A stretch of 64,000 nt of DNA from a virus (IMGVR_UViG_3300021511_000252:24141-88140); one strand, 5' to 3'; shown: positions 36,886 through 46,735, counted from the first letter of the stretch. A program made the numbers and translations. The notes: generated by a model not told the origin, from the letters alone.

Positions 36886-38076
36886 TTATTTCTTTTCAAC
36901 CTTCACAATAGAGAAAGGAGACTCTACAAATTTACCATTAATGAACTCGTTATAAATTGAATACAAAAGAGAAATGTTTTTCTCCCCTTGCAAATGATCT
37001 ACTGCATTTAATATATCTTCCGGAGAAATAACAGAAAAACAAGGAGAAGGGAACCCTTTATCACAAGGACTATGTCCATGAATAAAACTTGGAGCACACT
37101 TAACCCCGCAATCTATTCCAATAGCATTTTTATAATACTTCATTCTAATTTTAGAAGGAAAACATCCATAAAGACCAACGACAGGAACGCCTAGTCCTCC
37201 TGCAATATGTACAAAGGCAGAATCAGGAGCAATTATTACATCTAAAAGACTAACTATCGCAACAGATTCCCTTAAAGGTTGATCTGCAGAAATTAAATTT
37301 ACAAAATTTTTCTCTCCTAAAAGAATTTCTTGTAAATACTTTCCCACCCCTTCCTGTCTTTTTCCTCCAAATACAAAAACAACATATCCTTTCCCAAGAA
37401 ACTTTTTGGTAACAGCAATTATTTTATCTAAAGGAATAGTTCTAATAGGAGAAGAAGCTTCTACTTGAATTCCTATTTTTTTAGCACCAGTATCAATTCC
37501 AAATTCTTTAACTTTCTTTTTTGCTATGGAGATTTCACTATCTTCCAAATAGATCTTTGGAATTTTTTCTTCTGCAGAAATTTTTGTAAAATCTACTCCT
37601 GCTTCTTCTAAAAATAAATCAACCGCATGGAGTTTTTGAGCCCTTTCTGGATTATCTTCTATTGCTCCTTCAAAAATTAAATGGTAGTTACTCTTTTCCA
37701 TTTCTTTTACATCAAAAGGCATCTGAACAACCTTCTTGATGTATGGATTTCCATTTATTACAGCAGAATACATAGGAGAAGTTCCAAGCTTAATTGTTAC
37801 TCCATACTCCTTAATTAAATGCACAGCTAAGGGGACCATAAACATCACATCTCCTATCCCCCCGCTTCTAAACAAAAAAACTTCATCTCCTTTTTTTAAT
37901 TTTTCAAGATCTACCTTTCTATATACATCTTCAAATTTTCTTGTTTGACTTAGTCCTCCAGGATAAAGCTTTAAAAGCTGCCGCATTACAGCCCCAGACA
38001 TAACATACTCATGATTCTTCTTTAAAGTCAGCCCTTGATAAACTCCCAAATCTATAAATAATTCAACAATAACCAC
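36886..38076 (-). CDS. GT9 (heptosyltransferase-like) glycosyltransferase
   Basis: RSGGIGDV, ASSPIRT.P, IAPDSAFVHIAGGLG.P.VGLYG, HGH..C...C. Confidence 0.9.
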   Translation of the reverse strand: MVIVELFIDLGVYQGLTLKKNHEYVMSGAVMRQLLKLYPGGLSQTRKFEDVYRKVDLEKLKKGDEVFLFRSGGIGDVMFMVPLAVHLIKEYGVTIKLGTSPMYSAVINGNPYIKKVVQMPFDVKEMEKSNYHLIFEGAIEDNPERAQKLHAVDLFLEEAGVDFTKISAEEKIPKIYLEDSEISIAKKKVKEFGIDTGAKKIGIQVEASSPIRTIPLDKIIAVTKKFLGKGYVVFVFGGKRQEGVGKYLQEILLGEKNFVNLISADQPLRESVAIVSLLDVIIAPDSAFVHIAGGLGVPVVGLYGCFPSKIRMKYYKNAIGIDCGVKCAPSFIHGHSPCDKGFPSPCFSVISPEDILNAVDHLQGEKNISLLYSIYNEFINGKFVESPFSIVKVEKK

Positions 38077-38078
38077 AA

Positions 38079-38429
38079 CTATTCTCCTATATTATACAAT
38101 GAAAAATGAGGAACTCCTTCCATCTTGCCAGAACCATCAATCTTTACACGATCTTCTTGTTCAATTCTTTTAAATTCCTCATAGAATTCTTCTCTTTTAA
38201 AAATGTTCTTTTGTTCTAAAAGAGTATTAGAAACAACAACATTGGATTTGACATTTTGAATTCTTTCAAAAAGAGTATCCATTCTCTGTTCTAATGGAAC
38301 AACCATTATCTGAAAAACTTTTCTTATATGAAGATCAAGGTCAGACATAAAAGTTTTCTGATCAATCTGAATTCCTACAGAAGAATTCTTTCTTCTTAGC
38401 TTCTGCACCTTCTTTTTTTTCTTACTCAT
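38079..38429 (-). CDS. Small helical protein, paralogue of 60268-60579
   Basis: Alignable along its length with the 60268 protein; both sit directly upstream of a GT9 gene. Confidence 0.75.
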   Translation of the reverse strand: MSKKKKKVQKLRRKNSSVGIQIDQKTFMSDLDLHIRKVFQIMVVPLEQRMDTLFERIQNVKSNVVVSNTLLEQKNIFKREEFYEEFKRIEQEDRVKIDGSGKMEGVPHFSLYNIGE

Positions 38430-39715
38430 TATTTTATCTCCAAAAGTCTCATTTTCTTATAGTCTCGATAAAGATCAACCCTTACCCCTCCAGGACCATC
38501 TCTGTTTTTATCCAATGCTAAAGTTAAAATATTATCCTTAGCCTGTTCTTCTGACTGATTCATGATATATATAATATCTAAAATCCGAGCTTTATCATAA
38601 GCTTCTGCTAAGTCTTCTACAGTAGAAAGTTTAAATCTGGAAGTAGCCTTTAGCTGAGTAGTTGTCAACCCTGGAAGTCTTTTGGCTTTAAGATAGAATT
38701 TAAAGTCCCAATATATCGAGGCTCTATCTAACCTATGAGAATCATAGTTTTTCACAGCAGACATTAAATCACAAGAATCAATAATGAGAAATTCAGTATC
38801 GAACCCTTCGAGCTTAAGAAGCTCAAGGACTTTATCTACCATTACTATACTCGTTTCATCTTTTACTGTTTCTTTAATAACAACATCATTCTTCATCCTA
38901 GAAGATAAAGATTTAAAAACCTTTCTAAAATGACTCAACTGACTCTTATCAAATTCATACAATTTTATTGTATCATATTCTATTTCAGAAAGCCGACTAT
39001 CATATCTTTGAGCTGTCTGCTCTGCTAAATTTTCCAATGTAAAATGAAGAACATTAAGACCCTCAAGAAATGAATTTACTCCAAACTCTCCCGCAACAAT
39101 AGACTTCCCCATTCCAGTAACTCCTGCAACGGTAGCAGCTTCTGAAACTTGAATTCCTTGAGTAGCTACATTAATTACCTTATATGGAGTAGAAATGAAT
39201 CTTTTAATAGCAGGAATTTTACTCAACTCCTCTCTTAAAATCTGCCTAGACTCCCAATCTTGTAAAACCCTTATTGTATCCCCTTCATTAGGAGTATTCA
39301 TAATTAAATTCGTTAAAAGTTCTTTTTTAGCCTTAGAGATATTTCCTTTTTCTATCTCCCTTAAAGACTTATCAACAGCAACTAAAAATTCTTCTTGATC
39401 AATTTTTTCCTCTACATTCTTTTCCATATATTTAAGGGAAGTTTTCACCTTCCTCTTAAATAGTTTCTTAATAACAATAAAATACTGTTTCTTTTTTTCA
39501 GAAGAAAATGAAGTTTTAAGAAGCTCTGATTGAAACACTTTTATTGTCGGAAGGTCTTTGAACTTAGAGAAATAATTTGATAAAACTTTATATGTCCATC
39601 TCAAAACTTCATTACGAAAATGCTCCTCCTTAATCTTTGTGGAGAACTTTATATATTTCTTTCTATTCTTAAGAAATACTGACAATAAATCCGCTTCAAA
39701 TGTAGAAAGAGACAT
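38429..39715 (-). CDS. dnaB: DnaB-like replicative helicase
   Basis: AGVTGMGKS, HFTLE, LIIDSCDLM, TTTQL, EDLAEA..KA..D, DKNRDG. Confidence 0.92.
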   Translation of the reverse strand: MSLSTFEADLLSVFLKNRKKYIKFSTKIKEEHFRNEVLRWTYKVLSNYFSKFKDLPTIKVFQSELLKTSFSSEKKKQYFIVIKKLFKRKVKTSLKYMEKNVEEKIDQEEFLVAVDKSLREIEKGNISKAKKELLTNLIMNTPNEGDTIRVLQDWESRQILREELSKIPAIKRFISTPYKVINVATQGIQVSEAATVAGVTGMGKSIVAGEFGVNSFLEGLNVLHFTLENLAEQTAQRYDSRLSEIEYDTIKLYEFDKSQLSHFRKVFKSLSSRMKNDVVIKETVKDETSIVMVDKVLELLKLEGFDTEFLIIDSCDLMSAVKNYDSHRLDRASIYWDFKFYLKAKRLPGLTTTQLKATSRFKLSTVEDLAEAYDKARILDIIYIMNQSEEQAKDNILTLALDKNRDGPGGVRVDLYRDYKKMRLLEIK

Positions 39716-39717
39716 TA

Positions 39718-40557
39718 TTAACCTTTAACCTTTTTCTTTTTTTTTCTTTTTTTTATCTTCTTAAAGAACTGATCTCTCTCTTCGCTACATTTAGTCTTAC
39801 GAATATCAGCAGAATCTGAAAAATCGAATATCTTACAATAAGACTGGATCATGTTCGTTATAGAAACCCCATAAACTTTTTTAAATTCAGGATAAGAATA
39901 ATTAGAAATTAAGATAGTTGGTTTTCTCAGACTTACTCTTTTTTTATACATAGATTTGAATTCTGAAATGACATACTCGCTTCTCTTACTTTCATTCCCT
40001 ATTTCATCTATCATTAAAATATCAACAGAGAAAATTTCATTTAATAATCTCTCAGCATCTTGATCATTCTTGAATAACTTTCTAGTGAGCCTTAGAAGAT
40101 CTGTCATTTCTATGTTATGAACAGTTAAACCTTTAAAAACAGCATGGTAGAGAATTTTTAATCCAATAAAAGTTTTTCCAGTCCCATTCTTTCCCAAAAA
40201 TAAAAGCCCATAAGGACTTCTTGCAACTTTTCTTATGTACTTAATATATGGATTAACAATTTCTTTCCGAAGTTCTATCTTATCTTTAGACAAAACATCA
40301 GTAACTAACTTACCATAAATTTGCTGATTAACTAAATTTTCATAAGGGACATTAGAAATGAAAAATTTAGACAAACCATCAAACTTTTTTCTACATCCAC
40401 AAGGCTCTACAATTTTTCTAATGAATCCAGAATCATTAGGTTCTAATCTTTCGATAAATCCAGTTCCATTACAAGATTTATGACTCCCTATAACTTCTTT
40501 TCTGAGGAAATCTACCTCATGCTCTAAAGCTCTTCTTCTTTCTTTTTCTAAATCCAT
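39718..40557 (-). CDS. DnaC/IstB-like helicase loader ATPase
   Basis: N-terminal HxxC..CxC zinc site, GKNGTGKT, LMIDEIG.E, PTILISN. Confidence 0.88.
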   Translation of the reverse strand: MDLEKERRRALEHEVDFLRKEVIGSHKSCNGTGFIERLEPNDSGFIRKIVEPCGCRKKFDGLSKFFISNVPYENLVNQQIYGKLVTDVLSKDKIELRKEIVNPYIKYIRKVARSPYGLLFLGKNGTGKTFIGLKILYHAVFKGLTVHNIEMTDLLRLTRKLFKNDQDAERLLNEIFSVDILMIDEIGNESKRSEYVISEFKSMYKKRVSLRKPTILISNYSYPEFKKVYGVSITNMIQSYCKIFDFSDSADIRKTKCSEERDQFFKKIKKRKKKKKVKG

Positions 40558-41194
40558 TTTCTTCCATAAACTTTCTATCCATAAATTTACAAAACATTAT
40601 AGCGATATCATTATTGGTATTGCCCTTTAATTTTTTATACAAAGTTTTCATCTTTAAATAAGTCTTTTTCCTCTTCTGCTTTTTTCTTCTATATTCAGAA
40701 TAAGAAAAAACTTCACCATTAGAAAATTGAACAATAAGTCGATTAACGGCTGGAGAAAAATAAAACTTTTTACCCGCAGAAGAAGAATAAATGAACCCAT
40801 AAACTTCATTTTTAAAAATCATATTTAAACATTCATCTTTACCCTCAGAACTAAACCCCGCCATTTCAGAATCTTTCTCTAAAAGCTTTTTCTTCAGCCC
40901 CTTACTAAATAAAAATTCCGCAAGCCTTTCGTCCTTATTTGCAAAAATAAAAATTTTAGAATACGGAATCTTCCCTGACTTCTTTTTTGCAAAAAAGTCA
41001 TTAAGATTATCAATATATTGTAAAGTGTCAGATAAATATTCATTAACTTCTTCCTTTGAAGATAATGACTTGGACAGTTTTTCTTCTAATTCCTCTAAGA
41101 TATGCTCCCACTTATTTTGAAGATCTTTAATTGAACCAGGATAAACATCTCTCATAAACTCAAAAAGAAGTCGCTTTACTTTTTCCGGGGACAT
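40517..41194 (-). CDS. Hypothetical protein (possible initiator partner of the loader)
   Basis: 225-aa ORF between UvsW-like helicase and loader. Confidence 0.7.
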   Translation of the reverse strand: MSPEKVKRLLFEFMRDVYPGSIKDLQNKWEHILEELEEKLSKSLSSKEEVNEYLSDTLQYIDNLNDFFAKKKSGKIPYSKIFIFANKDERLAEFLFSKGLKKKLLEKDSEMAGFSSEGKDECLNMIFKNEVYGFIYSSSAGKKFYFSPAVNRLIVQFSNGEVFSYSEYRRKKQKRKKTYLKMKTLYKKLKGNTNNDIAIMFCKFMDRKFMEENGFRKRKKKSFRA

Positions 41195-42686
41195 ATTTCA
41201 CCTCTTTAACCTTAAACCTTTTTTCCATCCGAAAAGTCAAAAACCTGTTAATAGAATGTCTCCTGAGATCCTTATGGGTATCATCAAAAAAATCATATAT
41301 CCTCACTATGTTTTCTTCTTCTTGAACTACATCTAAGTTTCCAGATTTAATTGGCTTCCTTATAACTCTTCCTACTTTCTGAATAACAGCCCTAACCCCT
41401 TTTGAGTCATTTACATCTTTCCCTCCTCCTCCATCTGCCAGTATTAAAACATCAACAGAAGGAATATCTATCCCTTCTGTCCAAATAGAAGAAGCAATAA
41501 CTACATTCAATTTTTTATTCCGAAACTTTTCTTTAACTTCATCCCTTTTAAACTTAGGCGTAGAGCCATGAATGAATTCAATTTCACCAAAAGAAAATCC
41601 CGCCTCCTCAATGAGGTTTTTCAGAATTTTCCCATGCGCTATTATTCTAATAATAACTAAAATAGAAGCATCGTTAGAATTAGATAATTCATCAAGAACA
41701 ATCTCAGAAATAATCTGGTTCCGAATGTCGTTATTTACGATCTTCTTTCGATAAAGTTCAGCATAATTTTTAACATATCTGATAGGTTCAGAATCATATT
41801 TAATCATAAAAATATGAGGGACAGAAACCCACCCTTCTTCAATAAGCTTTGACATAGAAACTCTAGAAAGAGGAGGGCCTGTAACAGATTCTAACTCTAA
41901 ATCATCAGTTGTAAGAGAAAAAGGAGTGCCTGAAAAACCATGTCTAGCAATGGTGCTATTACACTTGCTAATTGTTTGTTTGAACATCTTACTGTCAATA
42001 ATGTGATGGGCCTCATCCGATATAAGATGCTCAATGTCTTCTAGATACTTAATTACCTTCTTATCTTTTCTCCGAACAGCCCTTTGCCAAAGAGTATTAA
42101 TAACCGCAACAGTTATCTTCTCCGGTTCAAACCTACCTTCTTCTATCAAACCTATCTTGGTTTCCAGCATACTTCCGAGTTCTGTTCTATGTTGGGAAGC
42201 CAAATCTTTATTCGCAACTAGAATAAGAGTATTTCTAAAGGTCTCTTCTTTTAAAGCAAGAATCAAAGCAGAAAACTGAACTGTTTTGCCTGAAGAAGTA
42301 GCCCACCAAAAAGTAAGGTAAGGAATATTAAGTCCTCTTATTAAACCATCTATCTGATATGGTCTAAGGGAAAATTTAAAATCTTTTAGATTTTCTAAAA
42401 CCCGCTCTTCTGTCCAAACAAATTTCTTACGATTATCTTCAACTTCAAAAGAAAGACCTCTTTTTTTTAAGAACTTAGAAATTCTATACAGAAGCCCAGA
42501 AGGAAATGTATGATACTGGAGACTAAACTTCCTAATATACCCATCCCATACTCCGCTTAAATAAGCATCAGAAAATTGAAAATTATAAGCCTTGTAAGAA
42601 CAGAACTTATTTATCTCTCTTTCTATTTTCTTAGGGCAATTTAGAAGTTTTCCCCTTGTTGAATTAACAATTATTTTAATCATTAG
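41160..42686 (-). CDS. Superfamily-2 helicase (UvsW-like)
   Basis: LRPYQ, ATSSGKT, SDEAHH, GFSGTP, EGIDIP, QKVGRVIR. Confidence 0.93.
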   Translation of the reverse strand, partial: LMIKIIVNSTRGKLLNCPKKIEREINKFCSYKAYNFQFSDAYLSGVWDGYIRKFSLQYHTFPSGLLYRISKFLKKRGLSFEVEDNRKKFVWTEERVLENLKDFKFSLRPYQIDGLIRGLNIPYLTFWWATSSGKTVQFSALILALKEETFRNTLILVANKDLASQHRTELGSMLETKIGLIEEGRFEPEKITVAVINTLWQRAVRRKDKKVIKYLEDIEHLISDEAHHIIDSKMFKQTISKCNSTIARHGFSGTPFSLTTDDLELESVTGPPLSRVSMSKLIEEGWVSVPHIFMIKYDSEPIRYVKNYAELYRKKIVNNDIRNQIISEIVLDELSNSNDASILVIIRIIAHGKILKNLIEEAGFSFGEIEFIHGSTPKFKRDEVKEKFRNKKLNVVIASSIWTEGIDIPSVDVLILADGGGGKDVNDSKGVRAVIQKVGRVIRKPIKSGNLDVVQEEENIVRIYDFFDDTHKDLRRHSINRFLTFRMEKRFKVKEVKYVPGKSKATSF

Positions 42687-42918
42687 CTTTCCCAAAAGGA
42701 TACCACACGGGAATTTTTCTTCTAGGAATTTCTTCGTTGATATAATTTGGAGACCTACTTTCTATAGCCATTAGTTCTCTTGACAACGGTTTATTATTCA
42801 TCTCACCACAAAATGCCATATAAAATGAAAGCGAAGATGATTCACCTTCTCCATCAGAATGATAATAGATTACACCAGGACAATCTTGGCATTCGTTTAC
42901 TTTTTTTGGATATAGCAC
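42676..42918 (-). CDS. Small Cys-containing hypothetical protein
   Basis: CQDCP...FC...IP.WYP pattern. Confidence 0.65.
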   Translation of the reverse strand: MLYPKKVNECQDCPGVIYYHSDGEGESSSLSFYMAFCGEMNNKPLSRELMAIESRSPNYINEEIPRRKIPVWYPFGKAND

Positions 42919-42947
42919 CTTTTTATCCCCCCCTTAATTTCTTTTGT

Positions 42948-43073
42948 TGTGACAGCCAGGATTTGAACCTGGACAAAGTGATGACTTTAGATTTAACTTC
43001 GGCACTGTATACCAATGGCGAACCTACCCTCTGGGGAACCTCCACCTCGGCCACCAACTTCCGCCACGGCCAT
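42948..43073 (-). ncRNA. tRNA-Leu(UAA)-like element with D-loop hairpin insertion
   Basis: T arm CCAGG-TTCAAAT-CCTGG, variable hairpin AAAGT-CATC-ACTTT, imperfect acceptor ATGGCCG/CTGTCAC; 3' 27 nt match 14521-14547 at 24 positions. Confidence 0.6.
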
Positions 43074-43108
43074 ATAACTACTATGCCTAAATATACTTTT
43101 TTCTTTTT

Positions 43109-43915
43109 TTAAGACTTCTTCCCTGTAACAATCGCCATCCGACACCGAAGTCTATAATCTCCATTCGACAAAGGCAACATTGCATACGCATCTTTGAATT
43201 CTTTAGAAGCTTCTACATGCATAGAATAGAGAAGAGCTTTCTTTTCTGAAGTTAAAGTATGATCATTAAGCCAACTATTAAGACTTATATCAAATCTATA
43301 AGTTAAGAATTGAATATTCATAAATCCAGAATTTTCAACAAGCCCCAAAAGATCTTGAAGAAGATAACAATTTCTTCGCTCTTTAATTCTAAATATATCT
43401 TGATAATAATCGAAAATCTTTTCATCTGGAGGGATAGCTTCTGCTATAAGAACAAAACCATTTTTTTTTAAAAGACCATAGGCTTTATCTACAGCTAATT
43501 GATCTCTTCCATCTATAAGATGGTGAATGAATAGACTCATCATTACAAGATTAAAAAAGGGAGAAAGATTAGGAATGAAATTAAAGAAATTAGATCTAAC
43601 AAACTTAAGATTAAAGGCTTGTTTCAAATTAGCTGCATCTACCATTTTCTGTGACAAGTCTACACCTATGACGTTAGAGTGTCTGAAATTGTCCCTAACA
43701 ACCTTCGTTATATTTCCCGCCCCGCAACCTGCATCCAATATCCACGATCCTGCATTTAGTCCTAACGGCTTTATCATACTCACTATCTTATAAGCAGTTC
43801 TCTTGGACTTAACATCATCAAGATCTCTATACGTATTAGCTCTTTTTTCCCAAAAATCAAAATTAGACAAATCCTTCTTCATATATTTGACCTCCCCCTC
43901 CAAGCGAATATCCAA
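43109..43915 (-). CDS. Class I SAM-dependent methyltransferase
   Basis: ILDAGCGAG, GVDLS, LFIHHL. Confidence 0.9.
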   Translation of the reverse strand: MDIRLEGEVKYMKKDLSNFDFWEKRANTYRDLDDVKSKRTAYKIVSMIKPLGLNAGSWILDAGCGAGNITKVVRDNFRHSNVIGVDLSQKMVDAANLKQAFNLKFVRSNFFNFIPNLSPFFNLVMMSLFIHHLIDGRDQLAVDKAYGLLKKNGFVLIAEAIPPDEKIFDYYQDIFRIKERRNCYLLQDLLGLVENSGFMNIQFLTYRFDISLNSWLNDHTLTSEKKALLYSMHVEASKEFKDAYAMLPLSNGDYRLRCRMAIVTGKKS

Positions 43916-44120
43916 AAGATTCTATCAACTTGTTTTCTTCTTTTTGCGCTTTAAATCTCGGGCATTTACTACAAGAAAAACTCTTCCAGTTCTTCGCTAT
44001 TGCTTTATCTAAACATTTATCATATCTTTTACAATCCAAATTCCTATGCTCAGCCATATGAGAAAGACTAAATGGCCTATCTAGCTTTGTCATAACAATT
44101 CGAAGAGACATATATCTTAG
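43863..44120 (-). CDS. Small 4-Cys protein
   Basis: RNLDCKRYDKCLDKAIAKNWKSFSCSKC motif; start uncertain. Confidence 0.65.
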   Translation of the reverse strand, partial: LRYMSLRIVMTKLDRPFSLSHMAEHRNLDCKRYDKCLDKAIAKNWKSFSCSKCPRFKAQKEENKLIESFGYSLGGGGQIYEEGFV

Positions 44121-44121
44121 A

Positions 44122-45177
44122 CTAGGAATAAATCCCATTATAAAAGCTTCTGAAATTCTCAGACCACGAGAATCTTTCTCTAGCTAAAGTTAAAGAACTT
44201 TGGCGAAAATCCACTAAGTTATTTAAAATTTGAGCTAGTTTATGATTAAAATCTGATTGACTAGAATATGTGAACCCATTACGACCTTCTTCTACAAACT
44301 CTGTATCTCTAAATGCTCTTTCCCCCAAAAGAAGAGGAACCCCACATCCTAAAGCTTCTACTACAGACCTATTAGTAGTTGTTGAAGGATTCTCTGGTTT
44401 AATGTTCGGCCAAACAAATACTCCACAATGCCCTAAGAAATCAACAAGTTGATCTTGGGGCATAAAGTCTCTAAGAAAAACACGATCTGTTCTTTTCTTT
44501 TCTATATCTATATACCTTCTAATTTCATTATAATGCTCTGCTGTTCTAGTAAAATCCCCTACAATAACCAAACTTCTTCCTGAGCCTATTGCCGTATCTA
44601 TCATTGTCGGAATTTGTTTTACAGGAACAAATCCTGCAACATAAACTAAGGGATAAGAAATATTCGAAGTATATTTAGGACAAAACTTTTCTAAATCCAC
44701 AGCCCTTCTTCTTACAACTATTTTGTGTTTATCTTCAAGAAAACATTTCATTCTTTCTACTTGAAGAGGATGATTAACAATTATATAATCAAAAAAATGA
44801 AGAAAATCAGGAGTGCCACAAGAAGATCCTGCAGGAGAAAAGATAAGCTTATTTACTTTATGATAAAAAGATCTAGCATAATACATAGATGAAGGCCACC
44901 CGTGATTAAAATGCATATGAATAACATCTGGACTAATCTTCTCTAATATAAACCTTCCCACCTCTTCTTTTGCGTAATGAGTCGGTAAAAACACCACTTC
45001 ATATTTTTCAACTTCATACCGGGAGATTTCATCTCCATACCTCCCCAAGACAACGCAATCAAAATTTCTACTAAGCCCACGCATTGAATTTGAATCATCA
45101 TAACAAGAAATTAACTGCTCTTTCTTTTGGAAAACATAATCAATAAACTTTACTATTTTCTTCTTCTCCATGATCAA
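44122..45177 (-). CDS. GT-B (GT4-like) glycosyltransferase
   Basis: PDVIH.H, VD...F.P, YVAGFVPVKQ, ENP....RSVVEALGCGVPLL. Confidence 0.85.
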   Translation of the reverse strand: MIMEKKKIVKFIDYVFQKKEQLISCYDDSNSMRGLSRNFDCVVLGRYGDEISRYEVEKYEVVFLPTHYAKEEVGRFILEKISPDVIHMHFNHGWPSSMYYARSFYHKVNKLIFSPAGSSCGTPDFLHFFDYIIVNHPLQVERMKCFLEDKHKIVVRRRAVDLEKFCPKYTSNISYPLVYVAGFVPVKQIPTMIDTAIGSGRSLVIVGDFTRTAEHYNEIRRYIDIEKKRTDRVFLRDFMPQDQLVDFLGHCGVFVWPNIKPENPSTTTNRSVVEALGCGVPLLLGERAFRDTEFVEEGRNGFTYSSQSDFNHKLAQILNNLVDFRQSSLTLARERFSWSENFRSFYNGIYS

Positions 45178-45210
45178 TTCCCTTTATTGTTTGTAAAATC
45201 AACTACTGAT

Positions 45211-45461
45211 TTATGAATTCCAAGTATGGCCAGTATTTATGAATCCAATACATGATTTTGATACATCATATATATTCGCAATTTCTAATTGAATTAACCT
45301 TTTTTCATATAAAAGAATTCTTATTTGATCCACTTGGTTCCGGGTCAATTTTGCGAAATTACTTTTTCTCCACGATTTCTTTCTGGACTCGCCACGCCAA
45401 TCTTCTTCTTAGCTTCCTCTGAATGGTGTTTCCCGAACATAGGAGCATCCTTTCCAACCAT
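45211..45461 (-). pseudogene. Frameshifted NUMOD3 + HTH gene (homing-endonuclease DNA-binding remnant)
   Basis: FGKHHSEEAKKKIG then RGEK/SNFAKLT..QV..IR..EIA..Y.VSKSCI..I..G.TW in another frame; one extra A in the A5 run at 45363-45367 restores 83 aa. Confidence 0.75.
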
Positions 45462-45470
45462 TCTAATCTC

Positions 45471-46187
45471 CTATATGAACTCTTTTTCCTTACTTAAAGC
45501 TTCAATAATTTCCGCTCTTAATTTTGGGAATTTTTCTTTATGCCCAAACAAAACATTTTCTCTCTTTACTCCTCTAGCATGAGAATAATTTTTAATTCCT
45601 TTATAATCTAAAACATATCTCCCTTTAAAAATTTCCCCAACAAAACCAAATAACCTCTGAGAAAAAAACATTGTATCTCCATCTAACAAAACGTCAAAAT
45701 CGAATACATACCAATCAATTGAACTTTGTTCACAGAAAAGCTTTAACTCTTTAATCATAAACATTCCCATAAGATAATCTCTTATCATTTCTTTCATAGG
45801 AAGATCTACGCCTTTATCCATCACCCTTTTCTTTCGAGAAACTAATGTATCAACTGTATCTCTTTCTGTAAAAATAATTTTTAGAGTATCAAATTGATCA
45901 TGTATAAATCCTACTTTTTTTTCGATAAATAATTTCACTAAAAATAAAGAAGTGCTTGCATTTATTGCAATTTTATTTCCATTAAATTCTTTAGATAAGA
46001 TTGGAATATCTTCTAACGAACCTATCTTATCTCCATTAAGAAACTTTTCTTTTTTTGGAGAATAGATAAAAGAATTATTTAATTCATAACCTAAATTAAG
46101 ATTAGGAGAAGAATTTAATAGTCCAGTACATAAAGAAGTTCCCGTTCTCCCATAGCCAATTATTAAAATGAAGATATCTTTTCTCAC
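45471..46187 (-). CDS. PAPS-dependent sulfotransferase-like protein
   Basis: 5'-PSB loop IIGYGRTGTSL...LNS.P; 3'-PB IFTERD.VD.LVS. Confidence 0.75.
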   Translation of the reverse strand: MRKDIFILIIGYGRTGTSLCTGLLNSSPNLNLGYELNNSFIYSPKKEKFLNGDKIGSLEDIPILSKEFNGNKIAINASTSLFLVKLFIEKKVGFIHDQFDTLKIIFTERDTVDTLVSRKKRVMDKGVDLPMKEMIRDYLMGMFMIKELKLFCEQSSIDWYVFDFDVLLDGDTMFFSQRLFGFVGEIFKGRYVLDYKGIKNYSHARGVKRENVLFGHKEKFPKLRAEIIEALSKEKEFI

Positions 46188-46735
46188 TACTTCTTCCTAT
46201 ATACTGCATAACAATAACGTTCAGTCCATAATAGATCTTCTATCTTAAGATCTAACTTCTCAGAAAAAGCAATTAAAGAATCTCTCATGAACCTATAACA
46301 ATCTACAGGGTACTTATGCTCTTCAACCATAGGGCCACAAGTATGAAGATAAAGCAACCCTCCAGATTTTAAAACTCTTACCATGTTCCTCATGGCTCCC
46401 ATAGGATCATCTATATGTTCTAACGTTGCTTGGCATACAATCCAATCAGGATCATTTAATAAAGATCCAGTAACGGATTCTGTAATATCCCAAATAATAT
46501 TACAATCTTCTTTATCCACAGAATAAATTTCTGTAATCTCAGGATATAATTCTTTAAGTTTCTCATGAGAAGTTTTCCAAATAGAATCTTGAGCCCCTAT
46601 CATTAAACCTACTCCTGTTAATCGAAAGATATCCCACCATTTTTTTAGTAAAAGATAATATTTCGGACCAACAGGAACCCAAGTTTCTCTTTCAGTTTCA
46701 TCAACTTCTATTCCTAGAATTTCTGTCTTAGTCAT
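46187..46735 (-). CDS. SAM-dependent methyltransferase (Methyltransf_11-like)
   Basis: IGA, SVD, WDI, CQATLEHI.DP, VRVLKSGG, H.YP.DCYRF. Confidence 0.85.
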   Translation of the reverse strand: MTKTEILGIEVDETERETWVPVGPKYYLLLKKWWDIFRLTGVGLMIGAQDSIWKTSHEKLKELYPEITEIYSVDKEDCNIIWDITESVTGSLLNDPDWIVCQATLEHIDDPMGAMRNMVRVLKSGGLLYLHTCGPMVEEHKYPVDCYRFMRDSLIAFSEKLDLKIEDLLWTERYCYAVYRKK

